Shown: positions 8,122 through 18,198 of the stretch, one piece after another | Layout of the letters: the number at the start of each line of letters is the position of its first letter | How positions within the stretch are numbered: the first letter of the stretch is position 1 | DNA from: an uncultured Actinomycetota bacterium | Lineage (GTDB): Bacteria > Actinomycetota > Actinomycetes > Streptosporangiales > Streptosporangiaceae | NCBI GenBank assembly: GCA_963705055.1 | Contig: CAVPIR010000001.1 | Location: 1,164,890-1,228,889 of the forward strand | Length of the DNA stretch: 64,000 bases | Direction of reading: 5' to 3' | The notes under the pieces: generated by a model | What the model saw: the letters and a program-made list of their open reading frames with translations, nothing else | Databases searched by the model: none | Told to the model about the DNA's origin: nothing | Translations under genes and position numbers: made by a program

Positions 8122-9933
8122 TTACCTGGTGAAGGCCCACGACTCGGGGTTGATCAGCAGCAGTGGGCTCTGCTGAGTCGCCCCGGCGAGGTTGGACTTG
8201 ATCGCGGAGACCTGGTTGTAGGTGTTCGGCAGCCAGAGGTCAGGCAGCTGCTGCGCGAGGTAGTTCTCGTAGGCGAAGAACGCCGAGGAGCTCGACGAGG
8301 TCTGCACCGCGGCGATGTTCGCGTCGTTGGTCTTGTTGGAGTAGCTGCCCGCGTTGACACCGGCGCCCGTCTCGAAGACTGCCTCGCCCGACGGGAACGC
8401 GCTCGACCAGATCCAGGACGGCGAGCCCCACTGCACCATTTCCCAGCTGCACGACGGGCCGGGCTTGCACGGCGTGGCCGTGCCGACGACCTGGCTCTCC
8501 GACCCCTCGCTGAGGTTGAGCTGGATGCCCGCCCGCAGCAGCGCCGACTTGAACGTGCGGACCTCCTGGTCGAGGTAGGTCACGCCGGTCAGGAACTTGA
8601 GGCTGAAGGTGAGCGGCGCACCAGCCTTGATGCCCGCGCCGCACTGACTCGCGCCGGTGCCGGGCTTCGCGCATGTCGATGTGCCGTTCGGATGCACGGC
8701 CCAGCCGTGCGAACGCAGCAGCTCGACCGCCTTCGCCGGGTCATAGCCGTAGAAGCCGTGCTGCATCTGCGGGCTGGCGAACGAGCTCGGCGGCTGCGTG
8801 GGCGCTGGCCCGTTGGTGGCGACGCCGTTGCCCTTGAGGAACGCCTTGATGTAGCCCTTCTGGTCGATCAGGTACTGCATGGCCTGGCGGATGTACAACT
8901 GCCGCAGCATCGGCCCGACGGTCGGGTTGTTGAAGTTCAGCACGATGTAGGAGATCGACCAGGACGGCCAGGACACGATCCGGTACCCGGCCGAGCGCAG
9001 CACGGACTCCTGCGACAGGTCACTGATCGGCACGTAACCGTAGCTGAGCCCACCGGAGCGGAGCACGTTGAACTCTGCCGCCTCCGAGGTGAACGGCTCC
9101 ATCACGAACGACTTCAGCTTGGGCTTGGTCCCTGAATACCTGGTGTTCGGAACGAACTGCGCGTAGCCATCCGACCGGAAGGTCGACAGCTTCCATGGCC
9201 CGTCCACGACCTGCCAGAGCGGGTTCGAGGAATAGGTGCTGATGTCCTTGGCCTGGGCGTCCAGGAACTTGTAGACAGCGACGGCGCCCGAGGTGCTCTC
9301 GTCGAAGTTGCCGACCTTGCCCGACGCCGAAGTCTTGTCCCAGGCGTGCTGCGGAAGCGGGATGATCTGCGTGAGCTGGGTGTCGGTGAACCACTGCGGA
9401 TTGAACTGATGGATGAGCGTGAGCCGGACCGCAGACGGCCCCTGCGCGACCGCCGACTTGATGTTGGACGGGAATCCGCCGGGCAGGCTCAGCGCCCAGT
9501 TCGCGACGTTGGCGCGGAGCAGGTTGATCCAGAACAGCACGTCCCTGCTCGTGACCGGCTTGCCGTCGGACCACAGGTAGTGCTTCAGGTGGATGGTCAC
9601 CACCGTGTTGCCCGCGCTGAAGGCGGGCTGTTCGGCGAGGCTCACATCAGGGTTGAGCGACGGCGAGGAACCCTGGCCGAACCAGTACAGCGGCCTGAAC
9701 TGCAGGAACTGGAACTGGATGTTGCTGGGGAGGTCGTAGGCAAGGGAGACCATCGGGAAGATGTAGTCGACGGGACCGGCCGCCGGGTTCTCGGCGAAGG
9801 TCGCGGTACCCCCGCTGACCGGTTTCCCGGTCGGCGCGGGGCCGTTGCCTCCTCCGGATGACGGCGAGTTGACGCAGGCCGCCGCGAGCAGGCCGGTCGC
9901 AGCCAGGGTCAGCATGAGCCGGAAAGTGCGCAT
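8122..9933 (-). CDS. ABC transporter substrate-binding lipoprotein, family 5 (peptide/nickel/opine type), paralog 1
   Basis: Start ATG 9933 gives MRTFRLMLTLAATGLLAAAC (lipobox). The body is typical of family-5 SBPs and closely parallels 13912..15747 (KPVTSRDVLFWINLLRAN vs KPVTSRDVVFWINMLKAN). The start shares one base with the upstream stop (TGATG). Confidence 0.88.
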   Translation of the reverse strand: MRTFRLMLTLAATGLLAAACVNSPSSGGGNGPAPTGKPVSGGTATFAENPAAGPVDYIFPMVSLAYDLPSNIQFQFLQFRPLYWFGQGSSPSLNPDVSLAEQPAFSAGNTVVTIHLKHYLWSDGKPVTSRDVLFWINLLRANVANWALSLPGGFPSNIKSAVAQGPSAVRLTLIHQFNPQWFTDTQLTQIIPLPQHAWDKTSASGKVGNFDESTSGAVAVYKFLDAQAKDISTYSSNPLWQVVDGPWKLSTFRSDGYAQFVPNTRYSGTKPKLKSFVMEPFTSEAAEFNVLRSGGLSYGYVPISDLSQESVLRSAGYRIVSWPSWSISYIVLNFNNPTVGPMLRQLYIRQAMQYLIDQKGYIKAFLKGNGVATNGPAPTQPPSSFASPQMQHGFYGYDPAKAVELLRSHGWAVHPNGTSTCAKPGTGASQCGAGIKAGAPLTFSLKFLTGVTYLDQEVRTFKSALLRAGIQLNLSEGSESQVVGTATPCKPGPSCSWEMVQWGSPSWIWSSAFPSGEAVFETGAGVNAGSYSNKTNDANIAAVQTSSSSSAFFAYENYLAQQLPDLWLPNTYNQVSAIKSNLAGATQQSPLLLINPESWAFTR

Positions 9934-12021
9934 CAAAGGCTCCCGTTGTTGAGTGGGTGATGGCAGGCGACGTGGTGCAGGCCCGACGCTGGCGACTCCA
10001 GCACCGGCTCCACCTCCGCGCAGATCTCGGTGGCGCGCGGGCACCGGGTGCGGAACCGGCAGCCGCTCGGCGGCTTCATCGCGCTGGCCAGCTCGCCGGA
10101 CACGCCGACGCCGCGCCGCCTGCGCTCGACCTTCGGGTCGGGCACGGGCACCGTGTCAATCAGGCCGCGGGTGTACGGATGCAGCGGCCGCTGATGCACG
10201 ATCTCGGCGGGACCTTCCTCGACGACCTTGCCGAGATACATGACCGCGATCGCGTCGGCCAGGTAACGGATCACGGCGAGGTCGTGCGAGATCACGATGA
10301 ACGTCAGCCCGTGGCGCTGCTGCAGGTCGCGCATCAGGTTCAGGACCTGCGCCTGGATCGACACGTCGAGCGCGGATACCGGCTCGTCCGCGATGATCAG
10401 CTCGGGGGTCAGCGCCAGCGCCCTGGCCAGCCCGATCCGCTGCCGCTGCCCGCCGGAGAACTCATGCGGATAGCGGTCCACCGCCGAACGCGGCATCCCG
10501 ACCTCGTCAAGCAGGGCGAGCACCCTCTGCTCCCGCTCGCGCGCCGAGCCCTCCCGCTGCAACAACAGCGGCTCGCGCAGGATAGGACCGACGCGCATCC
10601 GCGGGTCCATCGCCGCGGCCGAATCCTGGAACATGTAGGCCGCGCCGCGGCGGTACCGCCGGTGCGCGTCGCCCTTCAGCGTCGTGATGTCGCTGCCGTG
10701 GAACCGGATCGTCCCCGCGGTGAGCGTCTCGAGACCGACGACGAGCCGGCCGATGGTCGTCTTCCCGCAGCCCGACTCGCCTACCAGCCCGAGCGTGGTG
10801 CCCGGCCGCACAGCTGAGGCTGACGCCGGCGACCGCGCTGATCCGCCCGACCTCGCGGCGGAGCAGGCCCCTGACGACCGGATAGTCCTTCGACACTGCG
10901 ACCAGCTCGAGGACTGGCGCCGCCTCTGCGTCGGCAACCACGGCGCTGGTCGCGTACTCCGCGGCATGCCCGGATCCTTCGCTAACCGGACTCCCTGGCT
11001 GAGGTTCGTCGCTGAGCTGGACATCGACTGGGAAGAAACACGCGAAGCTGTGGTCGGTGCCTGCCAGCTCAGGAGTTTCTTCCTTGCAGCGATCCTGTGC
11101 CCGCGGGCACCGGGGCGCGAAGCTACATCCGGCGATCGGGCTGGCCAGGTCCGGCGGCATGCCAGGAATGGTCCGCAGCCGGTCGGAGGTCTGCGCGGCG
11201 CGCTCGGGCAGCGCGTCGAACAGCGCGACCGTGTACGGATGCCGGGCGCGGGCGAACAGGTTCTCGGTGTCTGCCGCCTCCGCGATCTTGCCCGCGTACA
11301 TGACGGCGACCCGGTCGGTGTGCCCGGCGATGACACCAAGGTCGTGCGTGACCAGCAGCACGGCCATGCCCAGCCGCTGCCGGAGGCTGTCGATCAGGTC
11401 CAGGATCTGCTTCTGAATGGTGACATCAAGCGCTGTGGTTGGTTCATCCGCGATCAAGAGCTTCGGCTCGCAGGCGAGCGCTATCGCGATCATGACCCGC
11501 TGGCGCATGCCGCCGGAGAACTGGTGCGCGTACTCGCTGATCCGCTCGCGCGGCTGCGGCATGCCGACGAGGCCGAGGACCTCGATCGCGCGCTCGAGCG
11601 CTTCCTTGCGGCTGACCTGGCGGTGCTCGAGCACGGCCTCCGCGATCTGGTCGCCGATCGACATCGTCGGATTGAGCGAGGACAGCGGATCCTGGAACAC
11701 GACGCCGACGTCGTTGCCCCTGACCTGCCTGATCGCCTTCTCGGGCAGGCTCACCAGGTCGCGGCCAGAAAGCTCGATCCGGCCGCTGGTGATGGAGCCA
11801 CCGCGCGGCAGCAAGCGCAGGATCGACATCGCGGTCATGGTCTTGCCCGACCCGGATTCGCCGACCAGGCCGAGCACCTCGCCATGCGCGAGGTCGAGCG
11901 AGACGCCGCGGACGGCATGCACCTCGCGGCGGCGGCCGCGGATCGTCGTGTGCAGGTCAGTGATGCGCAGCAGCGGCGACTCCGGCCCGAGGCCCGCGGC
12001 CGGCCCGTCTGGCGCCGTCAC
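9933..12021 (-). CDS. Fused two-domain ABC ATP-binding protein (DppD/DppF-like, ~695 aa); 1-nt insertion near ~10812
   Basis: Two Walker A sites (GESGSGKT, GESGCGKT) and two signatures (FSGGMRQR, FSGGQRQR), plus oligopeptide-type C-terminal Cys motifs. Domain 2 continues in the frame of ORF 9933..11339 (ISAVAGVSLS-VRPGTTLGLVGESGCGKTT). GTG 12021 overlaps the permease stop. Confidence 0.85.
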
Positions 12022-12974
12022 TGGTTCACCTGCAGCCTGGACTCGAGCGAGTCGCGCAGCGCGTCGCCGATGAAGTTGAAGGCGACGACGGTCAGCACGA
12101 TCGCCAGGCCCGGCGGGTAGATGAGCCACCAGTATCCCGCGAAGATGTAGTCGACGCCCTGGGAGAGCATGCCGCCCCAGTCGGTCTGCGGCGGCGGGAC
12201 GCCGAGCCCGAGATAGCTCATCGCCGCGAGCAGCAGGATCGCGTCCGCGACCTGGAACGTGATGTTGACCGCGATCGTGCCGATCGCGTTCGGCAGCACG
12301 TGCCTGAACAGGTTGTACCGGCTGGAGCCGCCCATCACCCTGGCCGCCTGGACGTACTCGCGCATCTTGAGCGTGAGCGTCTCGCTGCGGACGAGCCGCG
12401 ACGGTGATCAGCCAGGACACCGCCGCGATCAGAATGATCAGCATCGGCACGGGTCGGGCGGAAGATCGCAGCCATGAACAGCAGCAAGAACAGCGTGGGA
12501 ATGGACAGGATCACGTCGACGACGCGCATCATGACCGAGTCCACGACGCCGCCCGCGTACCCAGAGACCGCTCCCCAGAGCCCGCCGAAGAAGGTCGCGA
12601 TGATCGCCGCGGCCAGGCCCACGATCAGCGAGGTCTGCCCGCCAGCCATCAGCCGGCCGAGCTCGTCGTAGCCGGTGTCGTCGGTGCCGAGCGGGTGCCC
12701 GGCACCAGGCGGCAGCGTGACCTTGTTGAGGTTCGTGTGCACCTGGTCGGTGTGATAGAAGAGCGGGCCGAGGAAGCAGAACGCGAACATCGCGACGACG
12801 ACCACGAGCCCGATGATGGCCAGCTTGTTCTCGAAGAAGACGGCAGCGACCGAGGCGAACCGGCGCGCGCCGCCCGGCTCGTCGGCACCCGCCGCGGCTG
12901 TGCTCGCTGGGCTCGGAGACGACTGGGGCGGCGAGGCCGGGCGCGGCGGCCTGAGTCGGATCGGCCATGCTCAC
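12018..12974 (-). CDS. ABC transporter permease (DppC/OppC-like, ~317 aa); three 1-nt insertions (~12896, ~12451, ~12397)
   Basis: Rejoined reading, with '/' marking the frame junctions: MSMADPTQAAAPGLAAPVVSEPSEHS / AAGADEPGGARRFASVAAVFFENKLAIIGLVVVV...LFMAAIFRPT / VPMLIILIAAVSWLITVA / LVRSETLTLKMREYVQAARVMGG...DSLESRLQVNQ. Confidence 0.8.
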
Positions 12975-13915
12975 GCCGTCCTGATCCTGGGGTCGACGAC
13001 CATGTACAGCAGGTCGGCGAGCAACGAGCCGATCGCGGTGGCGACGCCGACCACGACCGTGCAGGCCAGCAGCACGGGGTAGTCCTGCGCCTGGGCGGCG
13101 TTCCAGAACAGCAGGCCCATGCCGGGGAAGTTGAACACGCTCTCCACCAGCAGCGCGCCGCTGACCACGACCGGGAGGGTGAGGCCGATCAGCGTGATGG
13201 TCGGCAGCAGCGAGTTCCGCAGCACGTGCCTGCGCAGCAGTTTCGCGTCCCCGAGGCCCTTGGCCTGGGCGGTGCGGATGTAGTCCTGCGTCAGGCTGTC
13301 GATCGCCGACGAGCGCATGTACCTGCTGAACAGCGCGATCGTGATCAGTGTCAGCGCCGCGACAGGAAGCACGAGTCCGCTTGGTGCGGTGAGGACCTGC
13401 GCCAGGCTGCCCTGCGGGGCCTCAGGCGGGAACCAGCGCACGTCGATCGAGAAGATGATCACGAGCAGCAGCGACAGCCAGAACAGCGGCATCGAGTAGA
13501 AGATGAACGCGACGCCGGTGACCGAGTAGTCAAGCGCCGAGTTGCGCCGCCTGGCCTGCAGCAGGCCGAGCGGGATCGCGAAGACGAGCGCGAACAAGTT
13601 CGCCAGCCCGACGAGCAGCACCGTCTTCGGCAGCCGGTCGACGATCAGGCTGGCGACGTTCTGGTTGAGCTTGTAGGAGTAGCCGAGCTGACCGGTGACC
13701 AGGTGCCCGACCCAGACGCCGTACTGGATGAACAGGGGCCGGTCGTACCCGTTCGCGTGGTTGAACGCCGCGATCGCGGCGGGGGTTGCCCGGATCCCGA
13801 GGATCGCCCGGGCCGGGCCGCCAGGCAGCAGGTGCAGCATGATGAACACGACGATCGTGACGCCGATGACCACGAACAGGGCGTGCCAGAGGCGCCGGAT
13901 CAGGTAGCCGGTCAC
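12971..13915 (-). CDS. ABC transporter permease (DppB/OppB-like, 314 aa)
   Basis: Intact ORF: MTGYLIRRLWHALFVVIGVTIVVF...YIRTAQAKGLGDAKLLRRHVLRNSLLPTITLIGL (EAA-loop region). GTGA overlaps at both ends. Confidence 0.9.
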   Translation of the reverse strand: MTGYLIRRLWHALFVVIGVTIVVFIMLHLLPGGPARAILGIRATPAAIAAFNHANGYDRPLFIQYGVWVGHLVTGQLGYSYKLNQNVASLIVDRLPKTVLLVGLANLFALVFAIPLGLLQARRRNSALDYSVTGVAFIFYSMPLFWLSLLLVIIFSIDVRWFPPEAPQGSLAQVLTAPSGLVLPVAALTLITIALFSRYMRSSAIDSLTQDYIRTAQAKGLGDAKLLRRHVLRNSLLPTITLIGLTLPVVVSGALLVESVFNFPGMGLLFWNAAQAQDYPVLLACTVVVGVATAIGSLLADLLYMVVDPRIRTA

Positions 13916-15747
13916 GTGTGGCCCGTGAAGTACCAGTTCTCTGGCGTGATGGCCAGCCCGGCCGACGGCTGAGGGAGCGCGCCGGACAGGTTGCCGCGGA
14001 TCGCGGAGATCTGGATCGATGCCAGCGGCATGAACAGCATCGGCAGCTGCTGAGTGGTGTAGTCGGCCCAGTCGTGGAAGACAGACAGCCCGTTCTTGGT
14101 GGTGGTCGCCTTGATCTTGGTGTCCATCTGCGGGCTGCTGTAACTGCCCCAGTTGCCGATGGCGCCGGTCGAGAACGCGACCTCACCGCTGGGGTAGTAG
14201 TCGGGCGCGAACTCCCATCCGGTACCCCAGTACGACATCTGCCACTTGCAGGCCGCCGAATGCGGCGAGCACGGCGTCATGGTCGAGAAGATGTTGCCGG
14301 CCGGCTGCTGAGCGAGGTTGAGCCGGATGCCGACCAGCGACAGCGCCGACTTCCAGGCCTGCATCTCCTGGTCGACCGAGGTGACGCCGGCCGCGTACAC
14401 GATGTTGAAGGACAGCGGCGCGCCGTTGGCGATGCCCGCCCCGCACTGGCCGGCTCCGGTGCCCGGCTTGGCGCAGGTGCTGACCCCGTTCGGCTTCACG
14501 GTCCAGCCGTGCTGGGTGAGCAGCGACTTCGCCCGGGAGACGCTGTATTTGTAGGGGCCGTTGCGCATGGCCGGCGTCAGGTAGGAGGTGCTGGGCAGCG
14601 TGGGCACGGGGCCGTTGTCGACCGCGCCGTAGCCCTTGAGGATCGCGGAGACGTAGTGCTGCTGGTCGATGAGGCTCTGCATCGCGCCGCGCACGTATAG
14701 CTGCCTAAACAGCGGGCCGACCGTGGGGTTGTTGAAGTTGATCGGCACGATATTCATCGACCACATGTACCAGGGCTGGACCTGGTAGCCCTGGCCCTGG
14801 ATGAGCGACTTCTGGGCAACGTCCGTCGCGGGTATGTAGCCGTAGGTCAGCTGGCCGGCCCTGAGCGCGTTGTACTCGGCCGCCTCCGAGGTGAACGGCA
14901 CCTCGGTGAAGCTGGAGACCTTCGGCTTGACCGGGCCAGAGTAGGTCTTGTTCGGGGTGAACTTGGCGAGCCCGCTCGGGTTGAACGAGGAAAGCTGCCA
15001 CGGGCCGTCGACGACGTGCCAGAGCGGGTTGCTGCCGTAGCTGTTGACCTGCCTGGCCTGCGAGTCGAGGAACTTGTAGACCGCCTTCGCCCCGGCCGCA
15101 GTGGTGTCGTAGTCACCGATCTTGCCGCTCGCAGACGTCTTGTCCCAGACGTGCTGCGGTAGCGGCGAGATCTGGGAGAGCTCGCTCTGGGTGAACCACT
15201 GCTGGTTGACAGGGGCGTTCAGGGTCAGCACGACCTGGCTCGCGGTGGGCGCGGTGACCTGGGTGACATCGTCGGGGAAGAAGCCAGGCGCGTACTCGCC
15301 CCAGTTCAGCTTGTTCGCCTTCAGCATGTTGATCCAGAAGACGACGTCGCGGCTGGTCACCGGCTTGCCGTCGGACCACTTGTACGGCTTGAGGTTGAGC
15401 GTGACGACCGTGTTGTTCTTGCTGTAGACGGGGGCCTGGGCCAGGCTGAGCGACTCGTTCAGGGTGATGTCTCCGCCGCTGCCGATCCAGTACAGCGGCC
15501 GCCACATCAGGTACTGGAACTGCTCCAGGTTGTTGGTCGAGTAGTACTGCAGAGCGTCCAGCGGGAAGATGTAGTTCGGCGGCGCACCCGGGGATTCGGC
15601 GAAGGTCACGTCTCCGCCGCTGACGGGCTTCCCGCTCGGGCCTGAATTGTTTGGCGCGGCCGCCTTGGTGCACCCGGCCATGGCTACTGCGATGACGGCG
15701 ATGGCTGCCATCGCGGAGAGCCCGCGGAATCTCACGCGTCGTGACAT
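13912..15747 (-). CDS. ABC transporter substrate-binding lipoprotein, family 5, paralog 2
   Basis: MSRRVRFRGLSAMAAIAVIAVAMAGC lipoprotein signal. 611 aa, collinear with paralog 1. First gene of the minus-strand operon. Confidence 0.9.
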   Translation of the reverse strand: MSRRVRFRGLSAMAAIAVIAVAMAGCTKAAAPNNSGPSGKPVSGGDVTFAESPGAPPNYIFPLDALQYYSTNNLEQFQYLMWRPLYWIGSGGDITLNESLSLAQAPVYSKNNTVVTLNLKPYKWSDGKPVTSRDVVFWINMLKANKLNWGEYAPGFFPDDVTQVTAPTASQVVLTLNAPVNQQWFTQSELSQISPLPQHVWDKTSASGKIGDYDTTAAGAKAVYKFLDSQARQVNSYGSNPLWHVVDGPWQLSSFNPSGLAKFTPNKTYSGPVKPKVSSFTEVPFTSEAAEYNALRAGQLTYGYIPATDVAQKSLIQGQGYQVQPWYMWSMNIVPINFNNPTVGPLFRQLYVRGAMQSLIDQQHYVSAILKGYGAVDNGPVPTLPSTSYLTPAMRNGPYKYSVSRAKSLLTQHGWTVKPNGVSTCAKPGTGAGQCGAGIANGAPLSFNIVYAAGVTSVDQEMQAWKSALSLVGIRLNLAQQPAGNIFSTMTPCSPHSAACKWQMSYWGTGWEFAPDYYPSGEVAFSTGAIGNWGSYSSPQMDTKIKATTTKNGLSVFHDWADYTTQQLPMLFMPLASIQISAIRGNLSGALPQPSAGLAITPENWYFTGHT

Positions 15748-15756
15748 GGCGTGGAG

Positions 15757-15774
15757 TCTCGCAACACTGCGAGA
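15757..15774. promoter_or_regulatory. Perfect 7-bp inverted repeat TCTCGCA-ACAC-TGCGAGA in the SBP/pucR divergent spacer (candidate operator)
   Basis: Read directly at 15757-15774. It lies inside the ~88-bp gap between the SBP start (15747, minus) and the probable pucR start (15835). Confidence 0.35.
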
Positions 15775-15834
15775 TCATTGGCAATAGTGGCCGACATAAG
15801 AAATCTGTCCGGTTCTGTCGCCGTCACAAGTACG

Positions 15835-17367
15835 ATGACCTGCATGAACGCTGGCGGCGTCATCCGGGTAGAAGATTTGCTGCGCTCCCCCGCCCTGCAG
15901 CTTGGCCTCCTCGCGGGCGGCGAGGGCACCGCCAGACGGGTGGCATGGGCGCACGTGAGCGAACTGAACGATCCGACGCCCTGGCTGTTCGGCTCCGAGC
16001 TGATCATGACTACCGGGATGGCCATCCCAGCCAACGCCGCCGGGCAGCGCGCGTACCTCCGCCGGCTCGATACCGCGGGGGCGGCCGGCCTGGCCCTGTC
16101 GGAGGGATTGTTCGTGCCCCGCGACACGTCAGCACTGCTCGCGGAGGCCAACGACAGGAAATTCCCGGTGGTAAGGGTGCCGATCCCGGTGCCGTTCATG
16201 GCCATCGCGCAGGAGGTGGCGGCCGCCGTGCAGGCCGATACGGCTCAGCGGCTGAGCGCCCAGCTGCAGGTTTTCGGCGCGGTGCGCTGGCTGGCGACTG
16301 GCGAGCTCAGCACCGCGGCCATCTTCGCCCGGCTGGAGCGGCTGTCCGGGTACGCGCTCTACGCGTGCACGCCGAAGCGGCAGCCGCTGCTTGACGGGGT
16401 GCCCGTACCGCCCGACGGGCTCGCGCACCTGGTGCCAGCAGCAGCGACGAGCCCGCCCACCATTCCAGGCGGCTACGTGCTGCCGGTGTCGGGCGGCCGG
16501 GGAACGGCGGGCTACATCCTCGCCCACGAGAAGGCCGACGCCAGGCCTGGCGGCGTGTCCGTCGTCCAGCACATCGCGACCGTGGCGGCGCTGACGCTAG
16601 CCATGCAGGCACATGAGCGCGAGATGATCCGCCGCGAGCACGCCGAGCTGTTCTCCGAGATCCTGCAGGGCGCGCTCGATCGTCAGGCGGTGATGCGGCG
16701 CCTGACCGCGAACGGGTTCAGCGTCGGCGAGCAGCTGCTGCTTGTGATTGTTCGGGTGACCGATCAGGACGGCGACATCGAGGCGATCGCGGACACGGTC
16801 ACGCTGAGCGGCTTCCCGCACCTGGTGCTGCGCCAGCACGACGACCTGTACCTGCTGGTGCCGGACGCGTCCGGCCCGGCACGCGCGCTCGCCGAGTTGG
16901 CCGGCACCGTGATCGGGATCAGCCGGCCCTTCCCTGCGACGGCGTCATTCGTGGCCAGCCGGCGGGAGGCTCAATGGGCGCTGACCAGAGCGGCCGAACG
17001 GGGCCGAGGCCTGGTGCGCTACGGCGACGACCAGATCAGCCGCTGGCTAGCCAGGGACACCGCCGACTTGTCGGTGCTCGCCGCCGACGTGCTCGGCCCG
17101 GTCCTGGACTATGACGCCGCGCACGCCGGGGACCTGCTGCTCTCGGTTCGCACCTGGCTGGAGCGCGACCGCAACACCGAGAGCGCCGCGAAGGCGCTCA
17201 ACATCCACCCGAACACGCTGCTCTACCGGGTCCGCAGGTTCGAGGAGATCAGCGGCCGCTCGCTGAGCTCCACCGAGGCTCTCACCGAGATCTGGCTGGC
17301 GCTGCGAACGACCGCCAGTGCGCTGGAAGACGTGCAGTTATCGCCTGCTCTCTTGTCAACTCGGTGA
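15835..17367 (+). CDS. PucR family transcriptional regulator
   Basis: N-terminus VIRVEDLLRSPALQLGLLAGGEG and C-terminal PucR-type HTH (TESAAKALNIHPNTLLYRVRRFEEISG). The ORF opens at 15751; ATG 15835/15844 fits family N-termini better. Confidence 0.85.
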   Translation: MTCMNAGGVIRVEDLLRSPALQLGLLAGGEGTARRVAWAHVSELNDPTPWLFGSELIMTTGMAIPANAAGQRAYLRRLDTAGAAGLALSEGLFVPRDTSALLAEANDRKFPVVRVPIPVPFMAIAQEVAAAVQADTAQRLSAQLQVFGAVRWLATGELSTAAIFARLERLSGYALYACTPKRQPLLDGVPVPPDGLAHLVPAAATSPPTIPGGYVLPVSGGRGTAGYILAHEKADARPGGVSVVQHIATVAALTLAMQAHEREMIRREHAELFSEILQGALDRQAVMRRLTANGFSVGEQLLLVIVRVTDQDGDIEAIADTVTLSGFPHLVLRQHDDLYLLVPDASGPARALAELAGTVIGISRPFPATASFVASRREAQWALTRAAERGRGLVRYGDDQISRWLARDTADLSVLAADVLGPVLDYDAAHAGDLLLSVRTWLERDRNTESAAKALNIHPNTLLYRVRRFEEISGRSLSSTEALTEIWLALRTTASALEDVQLSPALLSTR

Positions 17368-18198
17368 CCAGGTCTCGAATACCTCGCTCAGGCTCGCCCA
17401 CCAGAGGCCCGGCCGCTGCCGCAGCGCGGTGAGGAAATCCTCGAGACCCGCGACGAGATGGGCCCGTCCGATGCACTGCGGGTGCAAGGTAAGGATGTAC
17501 AGCGCCGGATCGACTCGCTGGTACGCGTAGTCAAAGATCTCCTGCCAGCGAGCGAACATCTCGCGATGCGAGCCGAGTCGCTCGGCAACCCCTGGCACGT
17601 ACTCCACGGCAGGGAAGTCGTCGAGGTACCAGGTCACCGGGAACTCCAGGACCGGGCTAGGCGGCCCGAACTCGCTCGCAGTCAGGTAGCTCGTGGTGAC
17701 CGCCCGCGGGTAGTACGGCTCAAACTCCCGCCCCATCAGTGAGCTGTCCCAGTCGAAACCGAACTCCTCGAGCAGTCCAGCGGTCTCGTCGGTGAAGTCC
17801 CACGACGGCGACCGGTACCCGCGTGGCCGCCGCCCGGTCACCTCCGCGTGCTGGGCGAGCTGGACTTCCATGAGCCGCCGCTCCTCGCCGGGCCCGAGGT
17901 CGCCGAGGTTCTCGTGGTAGCAGCCATGCGCCGCGATCTCATGACCGTGCTCCAGTACGGCGTCGATCCTCGCGGGGAATGTCACCAGGCTGTGCCCTGG
18001 CGTGAACCAAGTCGTCCGGATGTCAAGCTGCTTGAACAGCGCCAGCAGCCTGGGCACCCCGACCTCAGCGCCGAACTCGCCCCGAGACAACGCGGCCAGG
18101 CTCGTCATCTTGTACGCGCCGATCCACAACGAGTGCGCGTCAAAGTCACACGTGATCGCGACGGCTATCCGCGCACCGTCAGGAAGGTTCAGTGGCAT
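17356..18198 (-). CDS. Polysaccharide deacetylase (NodB-homology) family protein, PuuE-like
   Basis: VAITCDFDAHSLW, TWFTPGHSLVTFP and LEHGHEIAAHGCYHE blocks. ATG 18198 follows AAGGAA. Its 3' end overlaps the pucR 3' end by 12 nt (convergent). Confidence 0.82.
   Translation of the reverse strand: MPLNLPDGARIAVAITCDFDAHSLWIGAYKMTSLAALSRGEFGAEVGVPRLLALFKQLDIRTTWFTPGHSLVTFPARIDAVLEHGHEIAAHGCYHENLGDLGPGEERRLMEVQLAQHAEVTGRRPRGYRSPSWDFTDETAGLLEEFGFDWDSSLMGREFEPYYPRAVTTSYLTASEFGPPSPVLEFPVTWYLDDFPAVEYVPGVAERLGSHREMFARWQEIFDYAYQRVDPALYILTLHPQCIGRAHLVAGLEDFLTALRQRPGLWWASLSEVFETWSPS

Noticed and set aside
10507-12450. 647-aa ORF taken as a single gene
   Set aside because: It is a chimera. Its first ~140 aa are an out-of-frame read-through of the permease gene, and its last ~100 aa are out-of-frame after the ~10812 insertion. 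The real gene is the fused ATPase 9933..12021.
12404-13972. 522-aa plus-strand ORF
   Set aside because: Antisense to the two ABC permease genes. It is a low-complexity D/R/E/H/Q-rich translation, whereas the minus frames encode clear permeases.
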